Assembly (NCBI RefSeq): GCF_009914755.1
Contig: NC_060935.1
Length of the DNA stretch: 64,000 nucleotides
Origin: the human T2T-CHM13v2.0 reference genome, Homo sapiens
Strand: one strand, 5' to 3'
Shown: positions 15,905 to 31,512 of the stretch, piece by piece
How positions within the stretch are numbered: position 1 is the stretch's first letter
Layout: the number at the start of each line of letters is the position of its first letter
Translations under genes and position numbers: made by a program
Notes under the pieces: generated by a model
Told to the model about the DNA's origin: nothing
The model's database searches: none
The model's input: the letters and a program-made list of their open reading frames with translations, nothing else

Positions 15905-16895
15905 AAGCAAACTACAAAACTACCACAAGAAAGCTTGGGGGAAATTCTTCAGGACATTGAATTTGGCAACTATTTCTTGGATACAACATCAAAAGCACAA
16001 GTAGCAAAATCAAAAACAAGCAAATTGGGACAACACACTGAAAAACTTGTGTCTCAAAATAAAAAACAGCATGAAAAGGAAACCTAAAAAATGGAAGAAA
16101 ATAATTGCAAATCATACATCTGATAAGTGGTTAGTATTCAGAATATATAAGGAACTTCTACAACTCAACAACAAAAACCAAATAACTTCAAAAACAAGCA
16201 AAGGACTTGAATAAACATTTCTCAAAAAAGAGATATCCGCTATCCAAAAAACAGAATGGCCACTATCCAAAAAACAGAAAATAACAAGTTAGAATCCTTG
16301 TGCACTGTGTTGTGAATGTTGCCATTATGGAAAACAGTATGGTGGTTCCTCAAAAAATTAAAATACCATGTGATACAGCATTCTCACTTCTGGATATATA
16401 TCCAAAACAGAACAAGATCTTGAAGAGACCTTTGCACATTATTCACATTTGCACATTATATAGCCAACAGGTGGAAGCAACTCAAATGTCCTTCAACAGA
16501 TTAATAAAGAAAATGTGGTATAATACCCACAACGAAATACTATGCAGCATTAAGGAAATCTTTCCACATGCTACAACATAAGTGAAACTTGAGGACATTA
16601 CACAAAATGAAATAAGCAAAATAAGCAGTCACAAAAGGACAAATACTGTGTAATGCCACTCATACGAGGTATCTAAAGTAGTCAAAGTTAGAGAAATAAA
16701 GTAGAAAGATGGTTACCAAAGGCTGGGGGAAATGGGGAGGAGGAATTAGTATTGTATAGAGTTTCAGTGTTGCAAGTTCTAGAGATCTGTTGCATAACAA
16801 TGTGAATACACTTAACACTACTGAACTACACAGTTAAAAATGGTTAAGATGGTAAATGTAATGTTATGTGCTTTTACTACAACAACAACAACAAA
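15905..16895 (+). mobile_element. Degenerate L1M 3' portion (ORF2 end + 3'UTR)
   Basis: ATCTGATAAG...CTACAACTCAACAAC, GGAAAACAGTATGG, AAAATGGTTAAGATGGTAAAT motifs. Confidence 0.85.
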
Positions 16896-17254
16896 ATCCT
16901 GCAACCAAATACTGTTTTAGATTTACACAATGTGAAATAATTAATCACCAGAAGGCTTGCATTCTAAGAAATCTTAAAGGAAGAAGTACTTCAAATAGAA
17001 GGAAAATGATATCAGATGGAAATCTAGAAAAATGAGGAACACTAGAAATGGCAAATCTGTGGGTAAATATAAATGTCCTTATTTTTAAAAATTCTTTCGA
17101 AGACAAATGACTATTATGTGGTTTATAACAAGTAGAAGTAAATGTATGACAGTAACTCAAAGACTAGGAGGGAAGACATGAAGGTATAAAATTCTAATAC
17201 TATACATAAAGTGACATAATACTATTGGAAAGTAGATCATGATAAAGATACTCT

Positions 17255-17725
17255 TGTGGGTTGAATTGGCCTCTCAAAACATATGTTCAAATCCTAAGCT
17301 CAGTACCTGTGAATATGTCCTTATTTGGAAATAGGGTGTTTGCAAATGTAATCAAGTTGGATTAGGATGAATTTTATCCAATGACTGATGTCTTTACAAT
17401 ACCAGGTAAATTTGAGCACACAAACACAACAGAGAGGGAAAACGGCCACATAAAGCCACAAAGACATAAGGGGGAACACCATGTGAATACAGAAGCAAAG
17501 ATTGGAATGACACATCTATAAACCAACAGACACCAGGGATTGCAGGCAACTACCAGATGCTAAAAGAGAAGGATCGAACAGATTCTCCTTCGGGGCCTCC
17601 AATAGAAACCAACCTTGCCAATACATTAATTACAGACTTAAAGCCTCCAGAACAGTGAGAGAATAAATTTGTTGTTTTAAGCCACCCAGTTTGTGGTACT
17701 TTCTAAAGATAGCCTTAGGAAACTA
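17255..17725 (+). mobile_element. MLT1B/C-like MaLR solo LTR inside L1M
   Basis: TGTGGGTTGAATTG...GAGAGAATAAATTT...TTTAAGCCACCCAGTTTGTGGTACTTT. Confidence 0.85.
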
Positions 17726-18121
17726 CGTGTGTACTATATATGCTAAAGCAATCATGACAATTTTTTAAAAGAATTATCACTAGTAGGATACGAAAGGACA
17801 TGAAATGGAAAAAAATTCAATTAGTCAAAAAAAAGGCAGAAGGAAATGTAGAACAGATAGGACAAATAGAAAACAAATAGAAAGCTGATAGATTTAAACT
17901 CTAAAATATAAAAATCATATTAAACATAAATGGTCTAAACACTCACCCCATGAAAAGTCAGCAATTGCCTAATTTAGATAAAAAGCAAAATCCAGCTATA
18001 TAGCCTAAAAGAAAACCTGCATTAAATCTAAAAACTCAAATAGGTTAAAAGGATAGGAAAAGCTGTGTTGTGTTAACACTAATCTAAAAAGTTATTGGAG
18101 TGGCTATAGTGATATCAAATA

Positions 18122-18395
18122 GGCCAGGCACAGTGGCTCATGCCTGTAATCCCAGCACTTTAGGAGGCCAAGGTAGGAGGATTGCTTGATCCCAGGAGTT
18201 CAAAACTAACCTAGGCAACATAGTGATATCCCGTCTCTACAAAAAATAAAAAGTTAGCTGGGCATAGTGGCTGTAGTCCCAGCTACTCAGGTGTCTAAGG
18301 CAGGAGGATCACTTGCCAGATGGTTGAGGCTACAGTGAGCCATGATTGTGCCACTGCACACCAACCTGGGTGACAGAGTGAGACCCTGATTCAAA
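18122..18395 (+). mobile_element. AluJ-type
   Basis: GGAGGATTGCTTGATCCCAGGAGTTC AluJ-like left arm. Confidence 0.9.
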
Positions 18396-19852
18396 GGAAG
18401 GAAGGAGGGAAGGGAGGGAGTGAGGGAGGGGGTGGATTTCAAAGCAAAGAATATTACCAAGGAATAAGGAGGTTATTTCACAATTATACAGGGATCAATT
18501 CATCCTAAGTGTTTCTTCATACAATAATGGGAGCTTGAAAATAACGTGAAGCGAGAGTTGACAGAACTGAAAGGAGAAACAGAAAATCCTCATAATGGTT
18601 GGAGATTTCAATAACCTTCTCTCCGTATTAATAAAACAAGTTGGTAGAAATTCAGAAAGGATAATGACCATTAGCCAACTTGTGCTAATTGATGTTTTTA
18701 CAATTCTTGGCACAACAGCAGAGTATACGTTCTTTACAAGCACACATGGACCACTTACCAAGATGGACCAGTATCTACTTTATAAATCTCAATAAACTTA
18801 AAAGGATTCAAATCATACAAAGTATATTTTCTGACCAGAATGGAACTGAATTGGAAATCAATAGCAAAATGGTATCTAGAAAATTGGAACTATTACTAAA
18901 TTAACACACTTCTAAATAATCCACAGGCCAAAGAGGAAAGCAAAGTGAAATTAGAAATTCTTTTGAACTGAATTAAAATAATACAGAACATTTAAAAATC
19001 TATGGATACAGTTAAAGCAGCACTTGGAAATTTGTAATGATAAGCACATATGTTAGAGGGGAAAAAGATCTCAAATCAATTACCTCAGGTATGTTTTTAA
19101 GAAACGAGAAAAAGAGGAGCAACTTAAATCCTAGATAAGAATAAGAAAGAAACAATATAGAACAGAGGGGGGAAGAAATAGAAAACAGAAACCAATAGAA
19201 AAGAACCAATAAAACCAAAAGGTGGTTATTTGAGATTTTCAAAAATAATAAACAATTAGCATAAAGAAGGGAAGACATAAGTGACCAATATCAAGAGAGA
19301 TGTTTCACCACAGATTCTACAGATGTTAAAATATAACAAGAAAATATTTTTGAACAATTTCAGCCAATAAACTTGAGAACTTAGGTGAAATGAATAAATG
19401 AATATTTGATCTTGTTTTGTGAAGATTTGTGAAGTTCACTCAAAAAGAAATAGATAATCAGGGTAGCCATATATCTACCATGAGTATTGAATTTATAGTT
19501 AAATCCTCCCTACAAGGAAAACTCAGATCCAGAAATCTTCACTGGTAAAGTCTACCAAACATGTAAGGAAGAAATAATAATATGATGCAAACTCTCCAAA
19601 AAAATTGAAGAGATGGGAACACTTGCCAACTCATTCAATAAGTCCAGCAATATCCTGATATCAAAGCCAGATAAAAACATTTTGAGGAAAGAAACTACAG
19701 CCTAATACTCCTCATGAACATTGATATAAAAACTTTTGACAAACTTTTAGCAAACCAAATACAAAAATATATATAAAGAATAGTACCTCATGGCCAAGCG
19801 GGGCTTATTCCAGGATTGCAAAATTGACTTAACATTTAAAAAAATCACTCAA

Positions 19853-20330
19853 TGTTTTGTTCCACCAAACCCACAGCAGGAGTCACCCCAAAAGTGACAG
19901 CAGGGGAGTTTCCACAAGGGAGTGTCCAGAGTTATCCTGAGACTGGGCTGGTTGGGATTCAAAGAAAGAAGCACTAAACACCAGGGTCATCAGTCCAAAG
20001 CATTTATTAGGGGAAATTTTATATGACTGAACTGCAGCAATCCTCACCACAAACAGCAAGAGAAAAGGCTAGCAGTTCACAACAAGGGGATTAGGATATG
20101 GAGTTTATATGAGGGCTTAGGAATTTGGCTCAGGGCCAGGGCCAGTTTATTTTAGTGTTTTGGGCAACAACCTAGATACCTTTATCAGTGCCTGGAAATG
20201 TTTCAGGTCTCGGTTTGGATTCAAGCCTGCTAAGAAAAATCTGCAGCTGGCCAGGTCACAAAGCAGTCAAGGCGCTCTGTGATTTTTGGTCAGGACACGG
20301 AAAGATGGCTGGGGAACGTGGAGCCCCTAC
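19853..20330 (-). mobile_element. Probable ERV solo LTR inserted in L1M (family not assigned)
   Basis: ~480-bp GC-richer block with TG...CA ends interrupting an otherwise continuous L1 ORF2 sequence; TTTATT (minus-strand AATAAA) at ~20002. Confidence 0.5.
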
Positions 20331-20749
20331 ACAATATAATTCACTGTATCAACAGACTAAACAAGGAAAAAAAACAATCATCTGAATAGATACAGAAAAA
20401 GCATTTGACAAAATCCAACATCTGTTCCTGATAAAAACTCCCAGCATGAGGAAAAGAAGGGAACTTCCTTAAGATTTTGAAGAGCATTTACCAAAAAACC
20501 TATAATTAACATGATGATGGTGGGAAACTGAATGACTTCCCCCTAAGATCAGGGAAAATGCAAGAATGTCTGCTTTATTGCTTCTAGCCAACATTGTATG
20601 GGAGAGTCTAGCCAGATTGGAAAAGAAGAAATAAAATTATCTATGTAATTTTTAAAATCCTATTTGATTTAGCAAGGTTGTAGGTTATAAAATGTAAAAG
20701 AAAAAATAAATTGTAACTCTCCAGATAAGCAATTAACAATAAGACCAAG

Positions 20750-21760
20750 CAATTTGTCCATTTTGTCTAAATTGTCGAACACAGTGGGTTAAAGTTGTTC
20801 ATAATATCCTCTCCTTATCCTGTTAATGTGTGTAGAATCTGTATTAATGTCCCTTCTTTCAGTCCAAAAAGATTTAGTTGTTTGGTCTCTTTTTCTTTTG
20901 ATTAGTCTTATTAGGGCTTATTGATTTTATTAATATTTTCAAAGAATCACAGTTGGTCTTTTCTCTATTGTTTTTGTCTTTTCCCTTTCATTTATTTCCA
21001 CTCTTACCTTTATTATTCCTTCCTCTTTGATTTCCTTTTTGCTTAATTTGATTTTTTTAAAAAAATATTGATTTGGTTGATTTTGCCCTTGATTCTAGGG
21101 CATAACCCTTAGTCATTGGATGTAGTCATTAATTCTAAGATGCTGCTCAGTGGAATGTCCAAAGTTTTCACCCGGTCTGTATAACTTGGAAATATTTAAA
21201 TTTCCGATATTTGAATTTAAATATTCAAAAATACACTGTCTTCCCAGCATCAGATGACTGCTGAAATTTCACTTTATCTCTTCCAGTCTTCCAACTGTTG
21301 CTGTCCATTGGGTTCTTTGGGTCTTACCACATGCATGTACTGTTATAATGTCAGCCAAAAATTTGAGGGGATTTTTTAGACAGATTTTGGGGTTCCCTTT
21401 TCAAGGTTCCTGCCCCAATTTTCAGTTGATCTGGCATTTCCAAATTTCAACTTCTGAGTGTTTTAGAATGGGAAGAATGCTGCTTTATACTGACACTCGA
21501 TATTCCCCATGTACTGCACAGACTAATGCCCTCATGAAAAAAAGCTGGATAAATGTGGATCTTACCCACTATTTTTCCCATCTTTCAAGAATTGTATACC
21601 TTCCTGTGTTTTCATGCTATTTTGGTTGCTTTCCAGGGTCTTTGAAAAGAATCTCTTCCTTGTCCAGAGTTTATAGTTGTTATTTGCAACAGGGTCTGTC
21701 CAACATAAGCTACTGTGTCACTTCCAGAAGCTAGAAGTCCCTCTTTTATTTTTTGATTAT
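20750..21760 (-). mobile_element. Degenerate L1M fragments, antisense
   Basis: CCATTTTGTCTAAATTGTC...AAAGTTGTTCATAATATCC...TTCAAAGAATCA reverse L1 ORF2-like sequence. Confidence 0.55.
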
Positions 21761-22931
21761 TATCTTTGAAAAGTATGGAATCTTCCTGGATCAACTATTT
21801 TCAGCAGATTCATGCAGCATTTAAGTCAAAGCCATATCCCAGCAATTTTTCTGTGTGACACAGGATTTTATAGACAGTCTAGGTAAGAGATAATAAGTAG
21901 TAGCAATAAAGGTAGTGACAAGTGGTCAAATTCCATTTTCTTTTATTAACTATTTTATGTGCCAATATTCTGTTGTTAGAGAGTTCAGACAAGCTATAAG
22001 AAACTAAATTATCTTTTCTCTTTCGGCATTTCTCAAAACTTTTAAAATCAAAAGAATGGCATGTATTTTTAGTGACAGAAAAATATGCTTTGACAAATTG
22101 TTCTTTATTTCCTGTTTCCAAAAAGAGCTTACGGTTGTCTGGTGCAAGCATCATAGACATTGCAGATTTCTGGCTACATTTCTATCCCCTCTCTTCCATG
22201 CACAGCCCAAGTTCAGCTAAATTGTCTGACAAAAATTTTCATAGATGCTATGTAGAGAATTGCTGAAAGGAAGATGAGTGGAATCTGTGAGAACAGAGTC
22301 ACCTCCAGTGCCTAAATAAGAAATGATTTCTGTAAAGAATATCTAGGAAGAAAATCAATAAATTGTTCACGATTGATTAGTCTGCAGGGAGTAATGTGGA
22401 TGAACTTAAGTTTCTGGCTTGTGCAATGAAATGGATGGTGTTGTCAAGCCCTGAGACAGGAAACAGTAGATATAAGAGAGGAAAACATATACGATTTTCA
22501 GCTTTGGAGTATGAGATGTCCTTGAGATTTTTATTTAGAGGCACCTATCTAATCTCCATCTGCAGTATTGCCTCCATTTTTTTCTACATCATATGCATCT
22601 TATCATAGTGTAACTATGAATTTTTTAACTCCCATTTTTAATAACTAACGTTTCCCAGAAAATAAAGCAAACAAAAGGGAGCAAATTCTTAGTCTGGCAT
22701 TTGAAGTATTCCACACTCTGGCTCTTTTTTTTTTTTTTTTTTAACTTTTCAACCTTATTGGCCATTATTCTCTACAAGATGGTGGTTTATAGTTTCTACA
22801 TAATTAGGAAACACAGACAGTTACAGAGAAGGCCTAGTGAAATTCCATTAAGGCAAAGGTAGTAAGCAGAATATTGTGATTTGTTTGCTTAAAACCTTGA
22901 GATGAAAAGCAAAGTGAGTAAAAGACTAGAT

Positions 22932-23595
<664 letters not shown>

Positions 23596-23905
23596 CTATT
23601 TGTGCAAGTTTAGAAACTGCAATTACAGACTTCTTGGCACTATGGAGCCTAATGGTCAAGCAACCCTGCAATGGAGAGACAGTATAAAAATTATCTGGAC
23701 AATGCAACACTTTATCACTTGTTCAGAAATTTGAGAGGATGAGAATAATTAAGATTTCTGATAATGTGTTATGATCATGTATTTATTGCTACAGTTAGTT
23801 ATATATTTTTTGGCACAATGTTTACCTGCTAATCTTAATGGAGTTAAGATAAAATTCAATTGTAGGCATTTTTCCCTTCTATTGGGTTAATTAGTCCAAG
23901 CGAAC

Positions 23906-23993
23906 TGAGCAAAGGTTGCAGGGAGCCCCAGCATGGCTGAGGAAGACCTGGTGAGGCATCCACTGGCTGCTGGGAGGAGAGCATTAGAGGTAC
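23906..23993 (+). repeat. Diverged upstream copy of the 3' part of TMEM126A exon 1
   Basis: Aligns to 24689-24770; 31-bp core 29/31 identical, upstream flank 32/40. Confidence 0.9.
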
Positions 23994-24001
23994 CTTCTGA
24001 A

Positions 24002-24085
24002 CAGCACTGTCCAATAGAAATATAATGCAAGCCACATATATAATTCTAAATTTTCTAGTATTTATACTTAAAAAGCAAGAAGAAA
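24002..24085. mobile_element. MER33-like DNA transposon fragment
   Basis: CAGCACTGTCCAATAGAAATATAATGCAAGCCACAT. Confidence 0.65.
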
Positions 24086-24489
24086 TAAGATGACTTTCAC
24101 CCAACACTGCTTCCAAATAAGCAGTACTCTGGAGAACACGAGAAATCCTCAGAAAAATAAGCTGCAGCTCTGAGGTGCTGATTATGGTAGGGCAATCAAT
24201 ACAGATCAAAACATGGCACAGGGAGCTTAAGTTCCTAGGGAGAGTAGAAAATCGATAGAGCCAAGAAATAGCTCACCTTTGACTTATTTTTAACCTGAGT
24301 AGCTATCATATGCCAAGAGCTGTGCAGTTTTCATTTACCCCATGCCAAGAACGTAAGTAGGCTCTACTGACCAGGAAGTTAAGTAATATGCCCGAGGTAC
24401 GTTTTCAATGGAAGAGGCTGACTGAGGGTCACCCAACTTATATCTCGAAATTTCACAATTTCTACAAGTTCTGTCCTGGGAGGCAAGAG

Positions 24490-24870
24490 TAGGTGAAACG
24501 AGCACACTCTACGCCAGGCAAACAAACCTCAACGCTTAGCCTCCCGGCACCTCCTAGGGCCGGAAGCTTCTCAGCCCAAAGCCGCTGCTGGCTGCAACCT
24601 CCGTCCCGCAGTCCAATTAGCAGCCGCGACCCGGCGCCCGCCCACGCCGCGTCACGAGTCAGCCAAAGATGGCTGCGCCCAGGTAATTTGAGCAAAGGCC
24701 ACAGTGAACTCCGGCGTGGCTGAGGAAGGAGGAGGCACCCACAGGCTGCTGGGAGGAGAGCATAAGGTACTGGTATTCCGGGGGAGGGGGTGAAGTAAAT
24801 GTCCCGGTGTCAGGAGAAGCACGACGCGGTGACACGCTAGCTACCAGCAGCGCTGCGCGTAAATGAGAGC
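24490..24870 (+). promoter_or_regulatory. TMEM126A: TMEM126A CpG-island promoter
   Basis: CpG-dense; CCGGAAG ETS ~24560, CCAAT 24613, GC box ~24636, YY1-like CAAAGATGGCTGC 24664-24676. Confidence 0.85.
24645..24766 (+). other. TMEM126A: TMEM126A non-coding exon 1 (start approximate)
   Basis: Donor AAG|GTACTG at 24766/24767 within the CpG island, upstream of coding exon 2. Confidence 0.75.
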
Positions 24871-25554
24871 AAGTAGAAGTGTAGTTAGCTCTTCCTGCTG
24901 TCTTTTCACTTTGCACTCTAGAAGGAAAGACCTTATATTTAAATTAACTCAGTAGAAAGGAGAAATGCCTGAGATTGAATTTAATCCCAGGTTTACTGTC
25001 AATTTACAAGGTGACCACGGCCAAATTTGATTTTCAGAGGTCCCACTTTACTTCTCTTTCAGATAGGCCCCACACTGCCTATCTCTCAGAGCTCTTCCAA
25101 GAATGACATGAGATAGGTAACACAAAAATCTTTCGAAATATTTGTAGTTTTTACAGGCGGCGTTGTCTTTGATAGATATTTGTTATTAATATCGGAGACA
25201 AAATGCCCACAGGGGCTGCCCAGTCAGCACTTATACTGAATTGAGTGACTTAATTGCCCTCAGTACAATATATACATACTAAATTTGATTATATATTTCA
25301 CCACCCCATACACAAAATCATTCAGAGCTCCTGTACAGCAGAGATTGTGTCTTATCATCTTATCGTAGCCAAGGCCCTCAAAAATTTGACTACCAGAAAC
25401 CTAGACATAAATTTCTAAGGCTGCTTTGTACTTATTAGGTTAGCTTTAAGTCTAGAGATATGGAATGTCAAGGTAATCAACATTTCCAAATGACCTCTTA
25501 TCGATATAAAACAGGTAGCAATAAATATTTAAACGAGTGCCTGTAATGTTGTAG

Positions 25555-25990
<436 letters not shown>

Positions 25991-26932
25991 TAGTGCAGAC
26001 ATCAACAAACTACTGGCATGTAGGCCATATGCAGCCTATAGCTTGCCTTGGTACAGCCACCCAGCTAAGAATGATTTTTATGTTTTTATAGTTTTTTTAA
26101 AAACAAATATTCAACAAAGGCTGTATGTTACCTGCAAAGCCTACCACATTTACATCTGGCCCTTTAAAGTTTGCTGAGCCCTGATCTCAGGTATACCTAG
26201 AAATGAAATTGCTAGCTATGTGTGTCTTCTATCTGCTAAATAATACCAAATTCTTTCCCAAAGTGACTGTACAGTTTGGGTAAAGCTACCCCACAGAATG
26301 TACACAGAATGTAGTTTTAGCTACCCCGCATTCTTGCCAATAATTGGAATTGTCAGATTTTGATTTTAGCTAACCTATGGGTACCTATTGGTATCTCACT
26401 GTGGGTTGTTCCCCCAGTTATAATGAAGGTGAGCATATTTTCATGTTTATTGGCCATTTAACTTTCCTTTTTGTGAAGTGCCTGTTCAAATATTTTGTCA
26501 GTTTTTCCGTAGGGCTGCTTACCTTTTTCATGTTGATATGTAGTTCCATGTATGTTCTGGGTACTAACTACTCTTTTGTCAGTTCTATTGCATTTTCTCC
26601 CCCACTAGCTTATCTTTATGGTATATGTTGATAACCATAGGTTCTTAACTTCAATACTGTTAGTTTTATAAGTCTTTTATGTTTAGTGCTATTTGTGAAT
26701 TGTTTAGGAAATACTTTCAAGGATTATGAAGATATTCTGTATTTCCTAAAAGCTTTATGTGTTGCTTTTCATGTTCTGGTTTCTGTTTCACTTAGATTTT
26801 TTTTTAATAATATGTATGCAATGATTTTTTTCAGATTAGCTCTACAGTATTATTTTTAGTCTTCAGAAGGTTTTTAAAATTCTTTGTATAAATTCTTGAG
26901 AAATGATATCTTCATGTTTTTTAAGGCTCAAA

Positions 26933-27018
26933 ATGGAAAATCATAAATCCAATAATAAGGAAAACATAACAATTGTTGATATATCCAGAAAAATTAACCA
27001 GCTTCCAGAAGCAGAAAG
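26933..27018 (+). CDS. TMEM126A: TMEM126A exon 2 CDS (MENHKSNNKENITIVDISRKINQLPEAER); exon begins 26926; complex I assembly factor, OPA7 optic atrophy gene
   Basis: TTTTTTAAG|GCTCAAA-ATG acceptor and start; AG|GTAAG donor; 86 nt. Confidence 0.95.
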
Positions 27019-27464
27019 GTAAGATCCCTTCTTAATTTAAAAACACCTTTTATCAGGTGGATTTTCACCATTGATTCATTATCTCAAGTTTATCTGGTTT
27101 GAGTATAAACAACATGGAATGTGAGAAGGAAATTGCCCTTTTCTTGCCTGGATGAGAGCGTTTAACCATTTTGCTCAACATCACATAGCTAATTGTGGAA
27201 GGTGAGGCTGGAACTCATGTCTTTGGACATACCTAATTGTATAATGTTTTGAGTTTTTCCATTAGGCTTGGAGTATAGTAAAATGTAAACATTTACAGAC
27301 CCATTTAAATAACAAAACTTTAACTTTTAAAATGTCTTTTTTTTCCCAGTTCATTCTGTCAGTATGCTTACCAGTCTAAGAGTACCATAGAACACACATA
27401 GCAAGATAGAGAATGTCAGAGAAATAGGATCATGGCTAAAGATCTTTAAGATATTATTAAAGAG

Positions 27465-27769
<305 letters not shown>

Positions 27770-28559
27770 GATATTAAAGAGAAAAACCAATATAGGGAAC
27801 ATACTAATCTTTGCCAGGCAGCTAATGTGTACTTCCACAAAATGTCTTACACTTTGTTGACAGTCAAGAAGGTCTCTCTGACTATAAAAGGATGAAAAGC
27901 AGCCACCTGGGAAGGAGAGAGGGACAGTGTCTTAAGTAGAGGGAATGGCATATGCCTAGCCACAAGATAGCCAAGGCTTGTGGTACTTGAGTAACCATTG
28001 TTACCGAAGTACTAAGGAAGTGGGAGTAAGGACCAGGAATAGTTTTGAGCAGGGGGATGATGTTAGCATTTCTAAAGAACATTCCAGCTGCTTTTTGGAA
28101 AGCAGATTTGAGGTAGGAAAGAAAGGAAACACAAATACCAGTAGAAAAAATGGCACAGTAATCCTGGTGAGTGGAGATGGTAGGGGTGGTGACAGCTGAG
28201 ATGAAAAGAGGATGCATTTAAAATACATTCTGGAAGCATAATCTTGCTATCTTCAGGAATAGAAACTGAACAAATCCCCATCTTGCTGCCACTTACCATC
28301 TTAATCAGGGAGAACCCATAAATCAAGACCAGTAGTGTTCAGAACAAGGATCTCCAAGGGGAAGAAAAAAAAGGCCAGTAGTAAGAACTTGGTGAGATCT
28401 TAAAAGCTCTTTCACCCCCCCTCCCCACACTCCAACTCCACTCCCTTCTAGTTGTTTTCCTGAGGTAACGGAAAACCTTTTAAAGCAAAAAAGGAACTAT
28501 GTCCATGTTTCCAGGCCAGCAAGATAGGGAAAGTGAGAAAGACTAATAAAAGAGTAGTA

Positions 28560-28845
28560 GGCTGGGCATGGTGGCTCACACCTGTAATCCCAGCACTTTG
28601 GGAGGCGGAGGCGGGCTGGTCACCTGAGGTCAGGAGTTTAAGACTAGCCTGGCCAACATGGCGAAACCCTATCTCTACTAAAAATACAAAAATTAGCCAG
28701 ATGTGGGGGCACGTGCCTGTAGTCCTACCCACTGGAGAAGCTGAGGCACGAGAATTGTTTGAACCTGGGAGGCGGATGTTGCATGGAGCTGAGATCATGC
28801 CACTGCACTCCAGCCTGGGCGACAGAGCAAGACTGTCTCAAAAAA
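28560..28845 (+). mobile_element. Alu (AluS-type)
   Basis: Full dimer; TSD-like AAAAGAGTAG. Confidence 0.95.
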
Positions 28846-30740
28846 GAGTAGATGGTGGCAGCTTTGAAGAGAAGAAAGCAGTCTGTCACTGGGTTCTTTA
28901 CCAAATTAGAAAGAATACCTGGAACTGCAAAGTAAAATTTAGTTTAGAGGCAATAAATGTTTCAATCATTGGCATCTAAACTAGGCAGATTACAGTGTCC
29001 TGTTATCTTTGCCTTGTTCCTATTTTTTCTCTTCATTCCCATTTTATTTTCTAAGTTTAAATCTTCATTTCTTCTTGGATTATTAATCAGGTATTTAATG
29101 GTTACTTGGCATGTCCTTCAGTGTATGGAGCTTTCTTAATATCAAAAACTTCATTTTCTGATCTACAGCAATACTTTCACGTACATGTTTGTCATTTGTT
29201 AAATTTGGGCTATTTCATGTCTATTTCTTGTGTATGTCTTATCAAAAAGTCATGAGTTTTTAGTTGGTATAGGTACTTTTTTGGAAAACTGGCAAGGGGC
29301 TGCTAGGTAACAATTTTGTGCTAACTTTTAATTAACTAAACATTTTGACCTTAGCTATGGGAAAAATCTGGTTGGGAGAGAGCAAAGTTTGCTATGCAGA
29401 TTTCACTTGTACTACTTTTTATTTATTTGTATATGTAACATACTTGTAAACAAATGGACTTATATATAACATGTATATATGTATTTTATATATATTATAT
29501 ATACATACAGGCAAATTGTTTACCTGAGCATTGGGATTTAAAATGGGGATAATATACATTTCACATGATTTTTATGATGAAATATTTTAGAGGAAGTGTT
29601 CAAGTTTTTTATTCCAACCCCCACAAAAAAAAAATAGGCTTTTCACATTTACATGGTTTTTGTGGTTGGTAGGTTCTCCAGACTGTCATCACTAATTATA
29701 ATCTATGTACTCCAAGTTCCTGAACTGCCACTGTCTTGTACCACCATTACCATTTTCATAGACTTCTGTTATATCTCGTTTACATCTCTTTCTTCTCCAG
29801 TAATATTTAACTATGTTAACCTTGAAGATAGAAGGTAATTTTTTGTGCCTTTAGCACTAAGTCTGCTGCATACAGTGGGGTTCTCAATGAGTGACAGGCA
29901 TCATGATTGCAAAGTGTCAGATAAGAAAAGCAATACCTTATACAACGTAGGAAGCTGAGTTCCTAGAAAAGCTATTTTAAGATGAGTGTAAGCCATAGAA
30001 GTTAGAGGAGGTACTCTGTGGCTACTTTGGCTAGTTAAGAGTAATGAAAATCTTAAGACTGTATTGTAGATGGCAATGTAAGTGGTAAAAAAGCTAAGTC
30101 GTAGTCTGAAAAGTTTGGAGTCAGTATTTTCAATATTCAGCAATCATGTTAGGTATTACTTTTTCCCAAAACTAAAGAATGCATAGGACATAAGTTAAAA
30201 GTTCATACATAACCTGGCTTCAAATCCAGTTCTACCACTACCTGAAAACATCAGTTTATTTCTCATCAATGGGTTGTTATAAAGTACCTAGCATAGGGTA
30301 TTGCTTAAATGTTAATACTCCCAATCCTGACACTAATGTTTCAGGGAAGAGTGAAAGAAATCACATTAACTCCACATTATTGAACATCTTCTGTGTCAGG
30401 CTGAATACATCTTTGTATCCATTGTCTTCTGGTTGTTTAAAGACTAGTGTAGAAGCCTGACATGTAAATCGGTGATTATATAAGATAGTACTGTCTTGTA
30501 ATGTGTTGTGCTAGAGAGGTTAAGTATTAATTATTATGGGAGCTCAGGAGAGGCACCCACTGGCTGCTGGGAGAAGAGCAAAAACCTATATATAAAGCAA
30601 TTTTTAAGATTTTGGTTCTATAAGGGATAGATGTCGTATCCAGTTAGTGTATTCCCAAAGTCCTATAACACATGTCAAGATCGGGAAAGCTCACACACAC
30701 AATAATGCCAAAGAAAAGTTCTTTCTTCTCACCCTTTCAG

Positions 30741-30934
30741 GAATCTACTTGAAAATGGATCGGTTTATGTTGGATTAAATGCTGCTCTTTGTGGCCTCAT
30801 AGCAAACAGTCTTTTTCGACGCATCTTGAATGTGACAAAGGCTCGCATAGCTGCTGGCTTACCAATGGCAGGGATACCTTTTCTTACAACAGACTTAACT
30901 TACAGATGTTTTGTAAGTTTTCCTTTGAATACAG
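30741..30934 (+). CDS. TMEM126A: TMEM126A exon 3 (NLLENGSVYVGLNAALCGLIANSLFRRILNVTKARIAAGLPMAGIPFLTTDLTYRCFVSFPLNT)
   Basis: CTTTCAG|G acceptor, CAG|GTAAAT donor, 194 nt; Arg55 CGA at 30817-30819 intact (known p.Arg55* site). Confidence 0.96.
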
Positions 30935-31132
30935 GTAAATTCTACTTCACTATCACCAAAGAGTTTGCCTTAGTATATGTTATTTGCAGCTTTAGTCCAT
31001 ACTTATTAATATCAAGTAGCTGTATGCTGTAATGCAGTTAAGATTAAATCTTGCTAGCCTATATAATGTGGCAAATAATTCATATTAGTATGGTCTACCA
31101 ACCAAGATGCACATACACAGCAGTTCTAAATA

Positions 31133-31512
<380 letters not shown>

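Larger units (their letters stand above)
16900..20700 (+). mobile_element. Old L1M internal region (ORF1 end/ORF2 endonuclease-RT remnants), interrupted by younger insertions
   Basis: ORF 18595-18795 (MVGDFNNLLS...YTFFTSTHG) resembles the L1 endonuclease; GAAAAAGCATTTGACAAAATCCAACA RT motif at ~20395. Confidence 0.85.

Noticed and set aside
16240-16280. CTATCCAAAAAACAGAA x2
   Set aside because: Short local duplication within a decayed L1
21192-21225. AT-rich inverted repeat AATATTTAAATT...AATTTAAATATT
   Set aside because: Low complexity, in degenerate L1-like DNA; no support for a structured RNA
21348-21734. 128-aa ATG-initiated intergenic ORF
   Set aside because: Lies in old repeat-like sequence; no domain, promoter or splice support
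28448-28979. 116- and 148-aa ORFs (representative of many Alu-overlapping ORFs in the track)
   Set aside because: Standard Alu translations ([25 protein letters not shown])
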